Under the pieces are notes generated by a model, which did not search any database, was not told the origin of the DNA, and saw only the letters and a program-made list of their open reading frames with translations. From the NCBI RefSeq assembly GCF_009914755.1, contig NC_060935.1: 64,000 bases of DNA. The stretch is one strand, 5' to 3'. Shown here in pieces: positions 35,480 to 48,530 of this stretch (within the stretch, counting starts at the first letter, position 1; each line of letters starts with the position of its first letter). This DNA comes from the human T2T-CHM13v2.0 reference genome, Homo sapiens. A program made the position numbers and the translations under genes.

Positions 35480-36190
35480 ATTCAGTATTCAACAAATATT
35501 TTTAAGCTCTGCTCTGTGTGGGGCATAGTTCTTAAACCATGCTTATGGTCTAATGATGTAAAAAAAGCAGAGTTCTTTCCACATTATTAAGTATACAATC
35601 TCAGGGGGATGGGAGACAGTGACTTAAAGCATCACATAAATGAATGCAAATTATGGCTGTGTAAAGGAGAGGCCCCTCGTGCAAAGAAAACAAAGCAGGG
35701 AAACCTTTTCTCCTCTGGGGTTGAGTGAAGACCTTCCTAGTGGAGGAAAGGAATATAAAGAGGTCGCAGGAAAAAGAGAAGCCAGTGTGGCCAGGTACTG
35801 AGAGTGAAGATTTGTATGGTGCAAGAAGTGTCTGGGATTCATCTGGATGTGTAGGTAGAGGCCAGAACCACAAGGTCATGCCAAAGATATTTGAAGGTCA
35901 CAGTAAGGCCCTGTTTAAGATGTTTGATATTATCCTGAGGGCAACGGGAAGCTGTTTAAAAAATTCAACTGGAAAGGGTAACATGATTAGATTAGTATTT
36001 TGAAAAGATCATTCACCCCATTTTGTAAAACGGATTTTAGGGAACTAGACTGAACACAGGGAGACCTTTGGGAGCTATTGCTGTCACTGGGTTGGAGTTG
36101 ATGGTAGCCTTAGCCAGGACAGTTTTGGAGTAGAAGATGATACCTAGAGAGAAATGAATAGAAGAGATTTGAATACATTTTACATAAGAG
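35480..36190 (-). mobile_element. L2 LINE fragments
   Basis: ATTCAACAAATATTT tail; CCTGAGGGCAACGGGAAGC...ACATGATTAGATTAGTATTTTGAAAAGATCA. Confidence 0.6.
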
Positions 36191-36692
36191 CAACAAAGAT
36201 TACTGGAATCTGGAACTACTGGCTAACAGCACTGTGGTACCCAGCCAGAGAGGTTGAGAGCCATAATCACCTAATGATTTTCTGAAGCATCTAATTCCAC
36301 ACACACTCCAGCCTCCCTATGTCTCTAAGCCATCTTCATCCTATCCTTTACACACTTCTTGGGATTCTGTGTTTCACGAAGAATTGTGGCATTAAATACA
36401 GCACTGGTATAAAATGTCACTAACTTTATTCAGACTTACAGATCCTAGAACTCACTTTATCCTCCTTTCAATGCCCCACACCTATTTTTGGCACACAAAC
36501 AAACTTGTTCTTATTTCATATGAGATGTAATTGCAAGAGGCAAGTGTATTTGTGTTTTTCCTTAAAGTTTTTGAATGCTACATCACTTCCATATCTGTCC
36601 TCATCAGTACCAGTTTAATATAATTGAACTGCTTAATATTCCATGTACTATTCTAAGAGATCCTTAACAAAAGTGGTCGCTTTTTTATTCAG

Positions 36693-36812
36693 ATCTTCAA
36701 AGAAAGAGATATCCTTTCGAGGCAACACAAGAAGCCAACTACAAATGAGAATATTATTCTCTTGGTGCAGGGATTGTTGCATGTGGACCCCATCAGCCTT
36801 GAAAAGTCCATG
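36693..36812 (+). ncRNA. Candidate exon of a plus-strand antisense/divergent lncRNA (possibly MPPED2-AS1)
   Basis: Branch-like CCTTAAC 36662-36668, acceptor CTTTTTTATTCAG|, donor ATG|GTAAGG; 120 nt in apparently unique sequence. Assignment is inference only. Confidence 0.35.
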
Positions 36813-37419
36813 GTAAGGATGATACTCCAGTGGCTGTTTCCTTATGGATACAAGCTAAGTTACTATGGCCCTGCTCAGCAACTCAGACTGCTAAGGAAAG
36901 ATGTGATAGAAATATGTTCAGAAATTTTAAGACTAATATATGACAACTATATTTTCTGACTTTATTCCTTTCTTGATATTTCTGCATTTTGAAAGTTCTA
37001 TCAATTTCTTCTTCTGTTCTCATTACTCCCCATAGTGACCAACTGTAAACAAAGTAAAATCTACACACAAGAGAACAGTTCAATAGCCAAGATCTAGGGC
37101 ACACGTTCTACTAGATGCATAAAATAAAAGGAAGGTTTACTGGAGAGCAGTTGAAAAAAAAAATCACAGTGCTACATCCAAATCCCTATTTCATGCTTTA
37201 GTACAAAGGGAACTTTAAAAAGATTTTTTTTCTTTTCAAAAGCACTCTATTGATTGTTTTGTGAAAAACTGGAAAATACAGACAAGCAAAATATAAAAAA
37301 ATAGAAATTAACCATAATTATGTCACTCAGAAATATCCACTGTTAACATTTTGTAATGTAGTTTTTCAGTCAAATGTATTTCACAGAAATGGAACAATAG
37401 TGGAATATCAAAAGCAGAG

Positions 37420-37610
37420 AAAGGTTTGAATCCCATCTCTGCCTCGTAGTACCTGCGTGACCTCGGATAAGTTACTTAAGCCCTCTATGTCTTGGTTTCC
37501 TCATTTGTAAAAGAGAAATATTAAAGTTATCTACTTCATGGAGTTGTTACAAAAATTAAGTTGATATTTTTAAAGTACTTAGAATAATGTCTGATACATA
37601 TCAATTATTA
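37420..37610 (+). mobile_element. MIR SINE
   Basis: GGTTTGAATCCCATCTCTGCC...GTGACCTCGGATAAGTTACTTAAGCCCTCTATGTCTTGGTTTCCTCATTTGTAAAA. Confidence 0.8.
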
Positions 37611-40600
37611 TACAGTGTTATAATCCACTTAAAAATTTTAATACACAGTCATTGTAAATAAATTAAATACAGAAGTAATTAAGAAGTAAAAGTTACCCCT
37701 CTTTCTTCGTCATATCCCATCCCCTAGGTAGCCTGTATTTTCAACCGAATAAAACACTGAACATCTTCCCACGTTGTTACACATCTTTTTATGATTTCTT
37801 ATGATTCCATCTTTTTATGAATCTAACTTTCATTTAAAAAGTGCTATGAATGTCATGAGTTCAGAATAACCCAACAGTCTATATTGCATTTCAGGATATT
37901 GCACACATGCTATAATCATAGAGATTACTTTAAAAGATTCAGTAATTCTAAAGCATATTAAGAAAACTCTTCTGATATTCATATTTTGGAGTTTGATTGA
38001 GTTGATGTTTGAAAGAGGAAAAGCTTTTCATTTAGTTTCCCATGAGTTTAGCACTGATTATATTAGTTCTTTTCCTTTAAGGCATAAACAGTGTTCTAAA
38101 AAACAAATTGAAGATAATATGTTTTGCCAGCTATAGACAGTTTTTATTTACGCTGTTTAAAGTCATAAGCAAAACAAGTTGAAAGTTTGTTGAAAAATGG
38201 TGACTGATATTTAAACTTTATCAACAATTATTGATATAAAACTTATTTGCATGCTTCAGAATTATCTGGAGTTTACTATGGGCCCTAATCTGTGGCATTT
38301 GACAATGGGAGCTTCAAGACGTGACAGACAGAACACAGAAAAGTTGTAGAATTTAAGAGAGAAGGGATTTTAGAATTCTTTTGAACTTGGCAGTTCTTTG
38401 GCAAATTGTATGGCTGCTGCTTTTCCATTAACTGGGATATGAACTGTATGGAAGTATATACAGCCATTGTTCATCTTATCATAACATTTGCACATCGAAA
38501 CTAAATAGTTTGCCATAATCCTGAAACTTCACCATAGACCCAGGCTAATCCAGTTAAACAAATATGGTGTGTTTGGTTGTTAGGGGGTTGGCCTGGTGGG
38601 TTATAAACTTTTCATTTTAGAAAAGGCTATAGTAAGAGAAAAATGTAATCTACAGCAGCTATTATCTGGTATCTGAATTCACTTGTTGGCAAATTGGTCC
38701 TTGCATGTCTTTGAGGCATATGGAAATTGATGATGAAAGTGTCTAGTGTAACTAGAAATATGATTTGATGAAAACTGAAGCAGTGAACTGTGAGAAACTG
38801 TTAAACCAGTGTCATCAAACAGTGCTTCAAAAATAATGAAACAGGAATACTAGTCCTTTACGAGTAATATTGGGTAAAAAATGAGAAAAGCACATGGTGT
38901 GCACACAAAGTTTAAATATATGAGGTAATGTTTTTTAATTACTATTATTATAAAGACCACTCAAAAATTCTACACCCAGACTCCTTTCCATTTATCTCTA
39001 AGGAGACAATGACATCACGTCTTCTCTAAATTATTCAGACTCAGGGGATGGAATTGGCTCATTAATAGGGAATGCCATGTTTGGTATTGGCACAGTACTT
39101 AAAGCTTCTCTCCACGTTATCCCCAAACTGAAAAGCACATTTCATGGGAGCCAAATGAGTTAAAAAATTTTTCCTCTAGACTTTAAGCACTCAGAAACAC
39201 ATGAGAACAAAAATAGAACTGCACCATAAGGTATAATCATAAAACGTCATAGAAGGAAAAACTTAAGAAGCAAAAAACACTCCAGTCATCTGAAGGCTAG
39301 CAGTTCGTGAAGTCATTAAAAGTCATTCCATACGGGCTGAGTTTGAGGAAAAGTCAGAGGTTGCTTTGTTCTTGACTCTGAGTGAAATCAAAACCTACCC
39401 AGACTCTATACAAAGGCAACGGCAGCCTGCCTTTCTCTTGCTGGGTATATGCTACTAAACACACGTAAATGACTAGTGTTCAGAAAAGTCTGTGATTCTG
39501 TTCATATTAATCCATGTCGCAGGCTGGCAAAATGCCTAAGTACAATCAAAGAAGGGGGTAGAAGCCTGCCTTTTCAAACAGGCTAGAAAATTTGTACCAA
39601 AAGATCACAGGGCAACAGAGACAGCTGGAAAAATTGGAGCTGGGGCTCTGATTTTTGTGCCAGTGTTACACCTAATGCAAAGGGAATGCAGATGATAGAT
39701 TGAGAGTTATGTATGTTGTTTAGTTCACCAGCTCTGTGCTTACACAGAGGCGAAAATGTAACTTTTTTTTAAGTAATATCATAGTAAACATAACATTTAA
39801 AACAACCTTACTGTAGCTAAGAATTAACACATCAGAATCTAGCAACAAGTTGCTAATAAAACAAGATAAACACATGCAAAGAATAAAGAGTGAACGGATA
39901 GCTCTAAAATTAGTCAATATAAAGATGTTTCACTAATGTCCTTTAATAATCATTTCTTTGGAAAAGTAGTCCCTGCAAGTGTTTTAACACACATAGAATT
40001 TTCTGCAAGATAGCTTAAGGTGCTTAGGCCACAAGGGGTTTTCAAATCAAAGGTTGTTGGGACATTTGTGATTCTAAAAAGAACATTGATGATTTTTCTT
40101 GGCTTTTAGTAGTGATTTTATTCATAATGTATAATAAAAAACAAGATATTGGGTATAATTCTCTGTATTATTTCTCTGTTTGAATGGACCTTTTCATTCA
40201 AGGTGTTATTTAATATAATTTTGTTCAGACGAAGTGTGTCACCCACAACTGAAATACTGTGTATAAAATGGAGATAATTGAAAGTTTTATTGAGATGCTG
40301 TTGAAAGTCTCTGGGGTCCGTGCTGATTCAGGCTGCGTTTGCAGGCTTCAACACTCTGTGGCCTTTGACAGGCATGAAGAAAAGCAAGACCAAAACAGTT
40401 CTCACAACACAGCTGGTGGTCACAAAGAACAGCTCATGGAGATGTCTGTCACTGAAAAGAGTGGTCTCTGGAAAAGAACCAAAAGTAAAAGAGGTGGAAA
40501 TGGAGTTAGAAAAAGAGAGATTGAAAGTAGATGAAATATAATATTTGAACACTTAAAGGTAAAAATTAAATCCTGAAAAACACCAGTGGCTAGAATCATA

Positions 40601-41462
40601 GGCATATATTTTCTTTCTCTCTTTTACCTCCAACAGTGTTATCAATAAAAAGAGTTTGGAAGTACAGGTGGTCAATCAAACAATTAGGTTTTTAAAAATC
40701 TTCTAGAACATTCTGATATCTGAGGAAAATTGACTTATAAGTCCCAGAAGGAGGAATGGAATGTTCCTAGAAACAATAAACTTAGTCCCTCACTCCATTA
40801 TTTTATTTATTTATTTATTTATTTATTTTCATCTTTAATAAAGCAATATCACATTTTACATATTAATTATCTCATCTGATTTTTTTTCTAAACTGTATTG
40901 TTGATATTCATGTGCTTTTATGTCAAAATTCTTTTCTTTTTAGGAGAAAAGGATCTTTTGAGGATCTTTAGGAGGATTTTTTGATGACTGACTGATAATA
41001 TTTTTTGAAATATACATTAATTTAAAATACATACACACATGTCCTGAAGCTTTTTTAGAAAGATTAAAGGACTATAAACACACACAAACATATATGTACG
41101 CACACATAAACCCATGCACCCCTAATATGTAAATTCTTCAAACTAGCCTGGTTAAGATAAAATCATAAACTGGGCTTCTATTCTACCATTCTCTCACCAC
41201 TTTTTTTTTCTGGTATTCCAAATAAACAGCAGGCCCTAAGGGCTCTTTGAAGTCACTAGAGTGTTTAGTTTAGCAATCACTGGTTCATGTAGCTTATCTT
41301 TTCCTGGTATTTCTATGTGATTTAATAGTTCCAGCCTGGCCCAGGGAATGAAAACTTCTGGGTCTGTTTCTGGAAGCAATGCACTCCCCATTGCCATCTG
41401 TGATAAACCAAATAACCTTTCTCTGCCTCAGCTCTTTGCTTATAATCGTGCCTATTTTGCAG

Positions 41463-41535
41463 CAATGGAGTGAAACTTGACAAAGCAGTTGCAGTCGTTC
41501 ACCAGTGAAGCAAAGTCTTCTTCCTAGTCACGCAG
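41463..41535 (+). ncRNA. Candidate exon of a plus-strand lncRNA
   Basis: Acceptor CCTATTTTGCAG| and strong donor CAG|GTATGT; 73 nt. Confidence 0.3.
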
Positions 41536-41766
41536 GTATGTCTAGTAATTAATTAATTAATGAATAAGTACCAACCTCTCGATGGTGATGTTAATGAAAT
41601 ATCCAACATTAAAGTGGCAATTAATTGTCAAGGGTTTAATAAAACAGATCCTTATTCTATTAGATTGGGATTCTTTAGTTATAAGTAATAGAATCTGACC
41701 CTGGCTAAGATCAGCAACAGAAAGTTTACTGAAAATTAACAAGATTACATCAATCAGAAGGCTTGA

Positions 41767-42370
41767 TGTGGTGGGTGAAATTTTCCAAAGATTATCGTAC
41801 TAGTATATATCCTGTCCCACATGTTCTTCTTACAGTGTGATATTGTCTGTACACCATTGAGAGGTGGGTGAGTTTATGTTCTTTGCCCTTGAACCTGAAT
41901 GGACTTCTACAGTACTTCAATTAAAAGAGTGGTGCAGAAATGACACGATATAACATCAGAGGCTGGGTCATTTTAAAAAATGATAAGAGTTTCTGTGTTG
42001 ATCTCTCTTGGGGCACGGATCTTTGGATCCCTGAGCTGCCATTTAAGAAGTCCAGCCACCCTCCAGCGACCATGCTGGATAAGCCATTTAAAATTATGAG
42101 AGATGCTCACGGGGCCCCACCTGTTCTGGTCTTCAGCCGTTCGAGTCTTCCCAGTCCAGGCGCCAGACATTTAAGCAAGCCTTCAAGCCCCTGCCTCTGA
42201 GCCACCCTATGTGAAAATGAATAGAAGAGAAACAAGCTGCCTCTGCTGAGCTGTCCCTGCTAAAACCCTGCCCCAGAGTGCAGTCTTGAGCAAGACAGAT
42301 TTTATTATTGTTATTGTTTTAAACCAGTAAGTTGAGAGTGGTTTGTTACACAGCCATAGTAATTGGAACA
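41767..42370 (+). mobile_element. MLT1 (G/H-like) ERVL-MaLR LTR, apparently nested in an older MLT1J/K-like LTR (~41660-42780)
   Basis: TGTGGTGGG start; end TTGTTTTAAACCAGTAAGTTGAGAGTGGTTTGTTACACAGCCATAGTAATTGGAACA. Confidence 0.75.
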
Positions 42371-43952
42371 CTTGGGTAGGAAGCAGGAATAAAAGAAGAA
42401 AGAGTGAGAAAGCTCGGAATCAAGAACTAGAGAAATATCTCATAGCATTTGTAGTGTTGTTGTGCTACTGCCACCAGGTTGACTCAACTCCAAATGTCTC
42501 TTCAATCTTTGTATCACTTGCTTAAGATTCGAAGTCCTGGACAGCATATCCACACACCAAGCTGAGACTGTAAATCTAACTCCTGCTTGTACCTGAGTGA
42601 TGCAGGGAAGAGTTGGTAGAAAGAGCCCCCAGCAGCTCCAGTGACTCCCCAGTAGGAAGGCATGATTTTCTAGCACCTGGATTTATCACCCCCACTAAGA
42701 CAATAACATGGAGGGAAGGAAATTCTCAGAAAAGAAATTGGAGTGTTTTTCAGAAGGGCAGATGTAAGTCAGAAAGTAAAAATACCAGTCAGGGTCCACT
42801 CAGAACACATTTTATTCTACTTAAATAAGCAATTTTCTATAGTAGTAGTATCCTTGAATACAAATGAATTGCAAGTAAAATGTACCATCTTGTCTGCTAA
42901 TAGTCTTCAAGATAAAGTAATTCACTGGAGTTAGAAGATATTAGGCTGCTCTGTTTCTTTTTCTTTTTTTTAAAAAATGATCTTTAATAATTTAGTATTT
43001 AGCACCCAGTCTATAAAATATTCACAAACATAAGACAAGAGTCTGCAGATTATAAAAATACTTACAGCTGCCTTAAACCTCTTCCAGAACAAAATTGAGG
43101 AATAAATAAATAATAAATTAATAAAATACTGAAAAATTTCTCTGGGTCATTGTTTCTCAAACTCTAGTCCTTTTTCATTAGATTTAACCTGTTATCAAAT
43201 GCTGTGGCCCAACACACACATACAGAATTGCCTCAATCATTTTCAATCAAATAAGCTGCTCAGCTTCTTGTAAATGCTAATAAGACTCACTGATTGCTGG
43301 ACCACATTGGAGGTTTACAGCATTTGATTGAATTGAAAGGCCATTGATCCAGTGGCCTCATAGATAGAAAATGTAAAGAATAATTTTTCTTTATTGTCAT
43401 TGTGCATTCAAGTTTGAATTTGCCTTAGTTATTTAACAGGAGACATTGCTCCCTTTTAAATGATAGTATAAGCAGCAGTGGCAAAATGATTCTTCATCAT
43501 TGAGATTTCTCTATGATATTAAACAGGAGAAATAAAGAGTTTTAAAAACCATGATGCCCTTTTATTTGTAGAAAAAACAGCTTTAGAAGACTTATGATTT
43601 TCCTAAGTATTTCAATCAGATTACATACATTTAGATCAATATGTACTGAAACAATACACCCTTGCTAAGAAAGTTTATTATTGCACATGCATAGGATAGA
43701 CTTGGGAATAGAACAAAATGTGACGTATTCATGCCAATATGGGAAGTCTTATATAGTTTCAGACTTTGTTAGTGAAATTATAAGATATATATATGTTTTA
43801 ATTATATATATCTTATAATTATCTCTCATATGATTTATATATCATGTTTTATATCCTTATATCTGATATATATATATCTTAACAGCATTAAGAGTGAAAA
43901 GACCACTATCGTTGGACAGTCTCTTACTGTTGTTCTTTCAGTATTTTGTAAA

Positions 43953-44762
43953 AGCAAGATTTCTCAACTTCAGCACTATTGAAAATATTTTGTTGTAGGA
44001 ACTGGCTTGTGCATTGTAGGATATTTGACCTCTACCCACTAGATGCTAGTAGCACCCCCCCAGTCTTTTTATTAAATTGGGGTCATAGATATAAAATATA
44101 AAATTTTCCATTTAATAATTTTTAGTATGCAGTTCACTCAGTTCAGTGGCATTAAATGCATTCAAATTGTTGTGCAATCATCACCACCAGCCATCTCTAG
44201 AACATTTTTATTTTTCCAAACTGAAACTACTCTATACATGTTTAAACAATAACTTCTCATTTCCTCCTACTTGCAGCCCCTGGTAACTACCATCCTACTT
44301 TCTGTCACTATGAATTTGATACTCTAGGTACCTCATGTAAGTGAAATCATACAATATTCGTCCTTTAGTGACTGATTTATTTCACTAAGCATAATGTTTT
44401 CAAGGTTTATTCATCTTGTAGCATGTGTCAGAACTTCCTTTTTATAGCTGAATAATATTCCATTGTATATATATCCCACATTTTGTTTATCCATTCATCT
44501 GAAAATGGACACTTGAGTTCTTCCACCTTTTGGTTATTGTGAAAAATATGGCTATGAACATGGGTATACAAATATCTGCTTGAATTCCTACTATCAATTC
44601 TCTTGGGTATTTACCTAGAAGTGAAATTGCTGGAAGATATGGTAATTCTCTGTTTTCTCCTTTGAGGCATGTAACCCCAGTCTTGACAACAAAGAATATC
44701 TTCAGACACTGCCAAATGTACCCTTGGGGTCAAAATGGCTCCCAATTAAGAACCAGTTGTCT
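43953..44762 (+). mobile_element. MER20 (hAT-Charlie) split by an L1MB-type 3' fragment (44068-44674, minus)
   Basis: TTTCTCAACTTCAGCACTATTGA...CCTCTACCCACTAGATGCTAGTAGCACCCCC and GACACTGCCAAATGTACCCTTGGGG...AAGAACCAG halves; TSD CCCCAGTCTT at 44058-44067 and 44675-44684. Confidence 0.85.
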
Positions 44763-45184
44763 GAAGTAACAAACTTTTGAACAATGGTGTTACCACAATC
44801 CTGGATTTTTGGTTTAGAAGAGACATTTGATGAGTTGAGTGAATCATCTCTGCCTACTCTCTGAGGCTTGTATTTGACGACCAGAAGTGCTTGGGAAGTC
44901 AATCACCCATAGGGCCACCTCAATCTTGTCCCATCAATTCTTCATTCCTTAATCTCTTTTAGTCTACTGGTTCACTCTTATCATGCTACAAACGTTTGTG
45001 CCTCTGTATCTTCTACCTTCTAGTCACCAACAGACATCTTAACATGCTAATCTATAAAATTTCACCTCCCAATAATGGATTCTTCAATCAATTAACACCT
45101 GAAACTGCTTTATATATAGTCACCTAGATTTGATCACACACTTTCTTTTATCTTTTTGTTTGACCTAGTCATGGCAGGACAAGT

Positions 45185-45985
45185 TTAGGAGTCATGACTC
45201 CTAGATTTGAGTCCTGGTTCTACCATGTGTTAGCTGTGTAAACTTACATGATTACTTAAACTCTCAGGCTGTCTGATAGAACTTTCTGTAATGATGTTCT
45301 ATGTTTTATAATTTGAGCTGAAAAATACAGTAGCTGCTGTTGAGCACTTAGAATTGGCCTGTGTAACTCAGAGACTGAATATTAAATTGTATTTAAATTA
45401 AATTAAATTGAAATGTTAATACCCACATGTGGTGATATGGTTTGGCTGTGCTACTACCCAAATCTCATCTTGAATTGTAGTTCCCATAATCCCCATATGT
45501 TGTGAGACGGACCTTGAGGGAGGTGATTAGATTAGAGAGATGGTTCCCCCATGCTGTTCTCATGGTAGTGAGCGAGTTCTCACGAGATTTGATGGTTTTA
45601 TAAGGGACTTTTCCTCCCTTCACTTGGCACTTCTCCTTCCTGCCATCATGTGAAGAAGGACATGTTTGCTTCCCCTCCCACCATGATTGTAAGTTTCCTG
45701 AGGTCTCTCCAGCCTTGTGGAACTGTGAGTCAATTAAACCTCTTTCCTTTACAAATTACCCAATCTCCAAAATTTCTTTATAGCAGTGTAAGAACAGACT
45801 AATACATGTGGCTAATGGTTACTTTTTGGATAGTGCATATCTAAGAATCAGTTTTCTCATCTATAAAATAATGACAATGATAATATTTGCCTCCAGGGAT
45901 AGTTTGAGAATTAAATGAGATAATGTATGTAAAGTACTTAGTTTACTACTTGGAACAGCAAAAGAACCTGGTAAATATCAGCAAT
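45185..45985 (+). mobile_element. MIR interrupted by a MER3-like DNA element, itself interrupted by THE1
   Basis: MIR left part (GATTTGAGTCCTGGTTCTACCA...TTACTTAAACTCTC), MER3-like TGTCTGATAGAACTTTCTGTAATGATG...CCACATGTGG|CTAATGGTTAC...GGATAGTGCA, MIR right part (TCAGTTTTCTCATCTATAAAAT...). Confidence 0.7.
45433..45806 (+). mobile_element. THE1 (THE1D-like) solo LTR
   Basis: TGATATGGTTTGGCTGTG...CAGACTAATACA with 5-bp TSD TGTGG (45428-45432, 45807-45811). Confidence 0.92.
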
Positions 45986-46454
45986 AAACTTAACTAGCTT
46001 TATAGGCAACTTACTTCACCCTCTGAAACTCAGTTGTTGCTTTTGTTTTTTAATCTAACGCTATGTAAGATCCTCTGAGTAATGGTGTATCTAATGATTT
46101 AGGTCTGCCATAAGACTCATGTGTAGGATGCATAATAAGGGTTCCATAACGAGGATCATAGGACAGCTTTTGTTTGGGGGATGGATTTTTAAAATCTTAT
46201 TTGACCTCAATTTCAAAGCTCTTGGAGTTATGAAAGTTTAAATGTCTAAGACAATAAAAGAAAATACAGGGTGACCAAAAGAAACTTTGAGTAAACTAAA
46301 AATATTACTCTATACCAAAAGCTTTCTAATTTGGATATCAAAGCAAGCGTGAAGGTTTGTTGAGTTGATTTTGTCGTGTGTTAAAGTTTCTGATATTCTA
46401 GTCTCACTGTATCCAATAGCCTGCCTCTTTCCCTTAAGAAAAATGAGAGTTGCC

Positions 46455-46670
46455 ATGAACTGAGTGCCTATGATATGCATAGTACTCTCCTGGTTATTAC
46501 TGCTTATCTACAATTTTGCAAAGTAGGTATTGTTATCCCTATTGTGAAAGTTGGGAAACTGAGCCTTGGGAAAATTAAATGAGTTGTCCAAGGTCACATG
46601 ACTAAAAGTAGAACCCTGCCTTACCTGGCTCTAAAGTTTGCCATCTGTCTACTACAGCACATTGCACCTC
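46455..46670 (-). mobile_element. MIR SINE
   Basis: GTAGGTATTGTTATCCCTATT...GGGAAACTGAGCCTTGGG...TGTCCAAGGTCACA. Confidence 0.75.
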
Positions 46671-48448
46671 TTTAGGTGAGTATATTGAAACTATAATAGC
46701 TGCCCAATAATTAGATTATCCAATTAGTTTATAAGTTTGGCTTCATCTGAATCCACATAATTAATTTTTCTGAGTTCTTTCCAAAGCTGTTGTCAAGTAT
46801 TATGAGTGTGTTTATTTGTATGTTTGGGAAAGTTCTGCTGTGAAGGATAGAAAACAAATTACTAAGATACAGCTATCACTTTTATAGCTAACATTTGTTG
46901 GTAATTAATCAAAACTAGGCTCTAAGTGCTTCACCTGGAATATCACTGTTAGTCCTTTTAACCCAATCCCATACGTGCCATTTTTACATTAATTTTATTG
47001 AAAAGTAAACTGGGGCACAGAGGACAAATAATTCATCTCAGATTACCCAACTGCAACCAGGATTTGGATCCAGATACTGTGTCACCAGCATCCAAGTTCA
47101 AAACTACTACACCATGTTACCTGCTGGTAGTACTAACATGAGGATTGAGCACTGGTCAGTACTTGTGTGTGTGCATTGGGCATACAGATTTCTTTAGCAG
47201 CATCCTTATCATAACCTTTCATACTCTTTTTGTTGCCTCCTTTGTAATATTCCTGCTATTACATTACTGTCCTCTAGTTGACTTTCTGTTCCAGTCTCTT
47301 TTATCTTCTGCCAATTTTACTACTGGGATACTAGGTAACATTAGAAAGTGTAGAGTTTTTTTTGTCAAAAAAGGAAAAAAGACTCTTTATTGACAAGAGT
47401 AATGAGCTTTCAGAGCACCTGGCATAAAAAATGATTTTGTGAATTAAATAAGTAAACAAGTCCAAATCTCAGTTACTTCTTTATTTTGCCACTATAGTTT
47501 GAAATGGTAAGAGCAGCTACGTTGTACTGAAGCTCCAATATTTTATGTTCTGTTAAGAGAGTTTAGTTCCAAAAGAGAATTTATGTGATTTTTTGCTTTT
47601 AGAAAAACTGCAATTCTCAGGACTACAATATTTAAGGGTATTAATGAGAAATATCCAAGGGAAACACTAATCATTTGAGGGGAAAATACATTTTCTATGT
47701 CAAGCAAAAAATATTCCAGTGTTGTCAGTGAGCCAAATTATGAGAATTATTCAGAGACCTTTTTTTTATAGCACTTACCAGAGCAGTTAGGATAATCTAT
47801 GCCCTATTGCATCATAAGGTACGTTCAGGATTTGGCATTTAAGTATGATACATGCTAAATTGAAAATATGCACTTGTTAAAAAAAGAGAGTAAGAGGATT
47901 CAATGTGTGGTTTTTCACCTGTCAGGGGTTATCGGAAGCTGTAATTCAGGAAAAAATGAAAGGAAAAGATATAGGTTGCCCAATAGATTAACACTACTTA
48001 GTGAACTTTTAACCACCTTCAGTGGGGTTTTCATTTGACAGGCAAAGAAGTGATATACTTTGACGACAACAATCATGGAATCCACCATAAAGGTATTTGA
48101 ACAGTTCCAGAATGTGTACAGGTCACTAAGATATGCAAAAAAAAAAAATCCAAAAAAAAAAAAGAGCTAACCTTAATTGTTTCTATTCTTTCAATACTGC
48201 CAACCCAGAAATAATAGAATAATGAGTTGGATGCTACATGCTGAACGACATCATTTTTAAGTTTGTATGAGAATTTACATTTATCTTAACAAACTGCCTT
48301 GGGGACATGCTTTGAGGCTCTATAAACTATAAGTCTCTATGTTTCTGTAAACTATGAGGAGCTTTCATCAGGGAGGAAATTATATATAATAGGCAATATG
48401 AATGATATTTTTATCTGATGTCGACATTGCAAGAAATGTGTTGATTCT

Positions 48449-48530
48449 AATAGAGTGAATCATATGAAACTGTCAATATTTGACTGTTTTTGATCTACAA
48501 AATGTCGATTTCATGTGGTTCAATCTAATA
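48449..48530. mobile_element. MADE2-like mariner MITE
   Basis: ~80 bp with inverted ends TGAATCATATGAAACTG ... GATTTCATGTGGTTCAATCTAATA. Confidence 0.75.

Noticed and set aside
46665-46681. Plus-strand AG|GTGAGT recursive-splice-like motif
   Set aside because: Short pyrimidine tract at the edge of a MIR, and no evidence of transcription.
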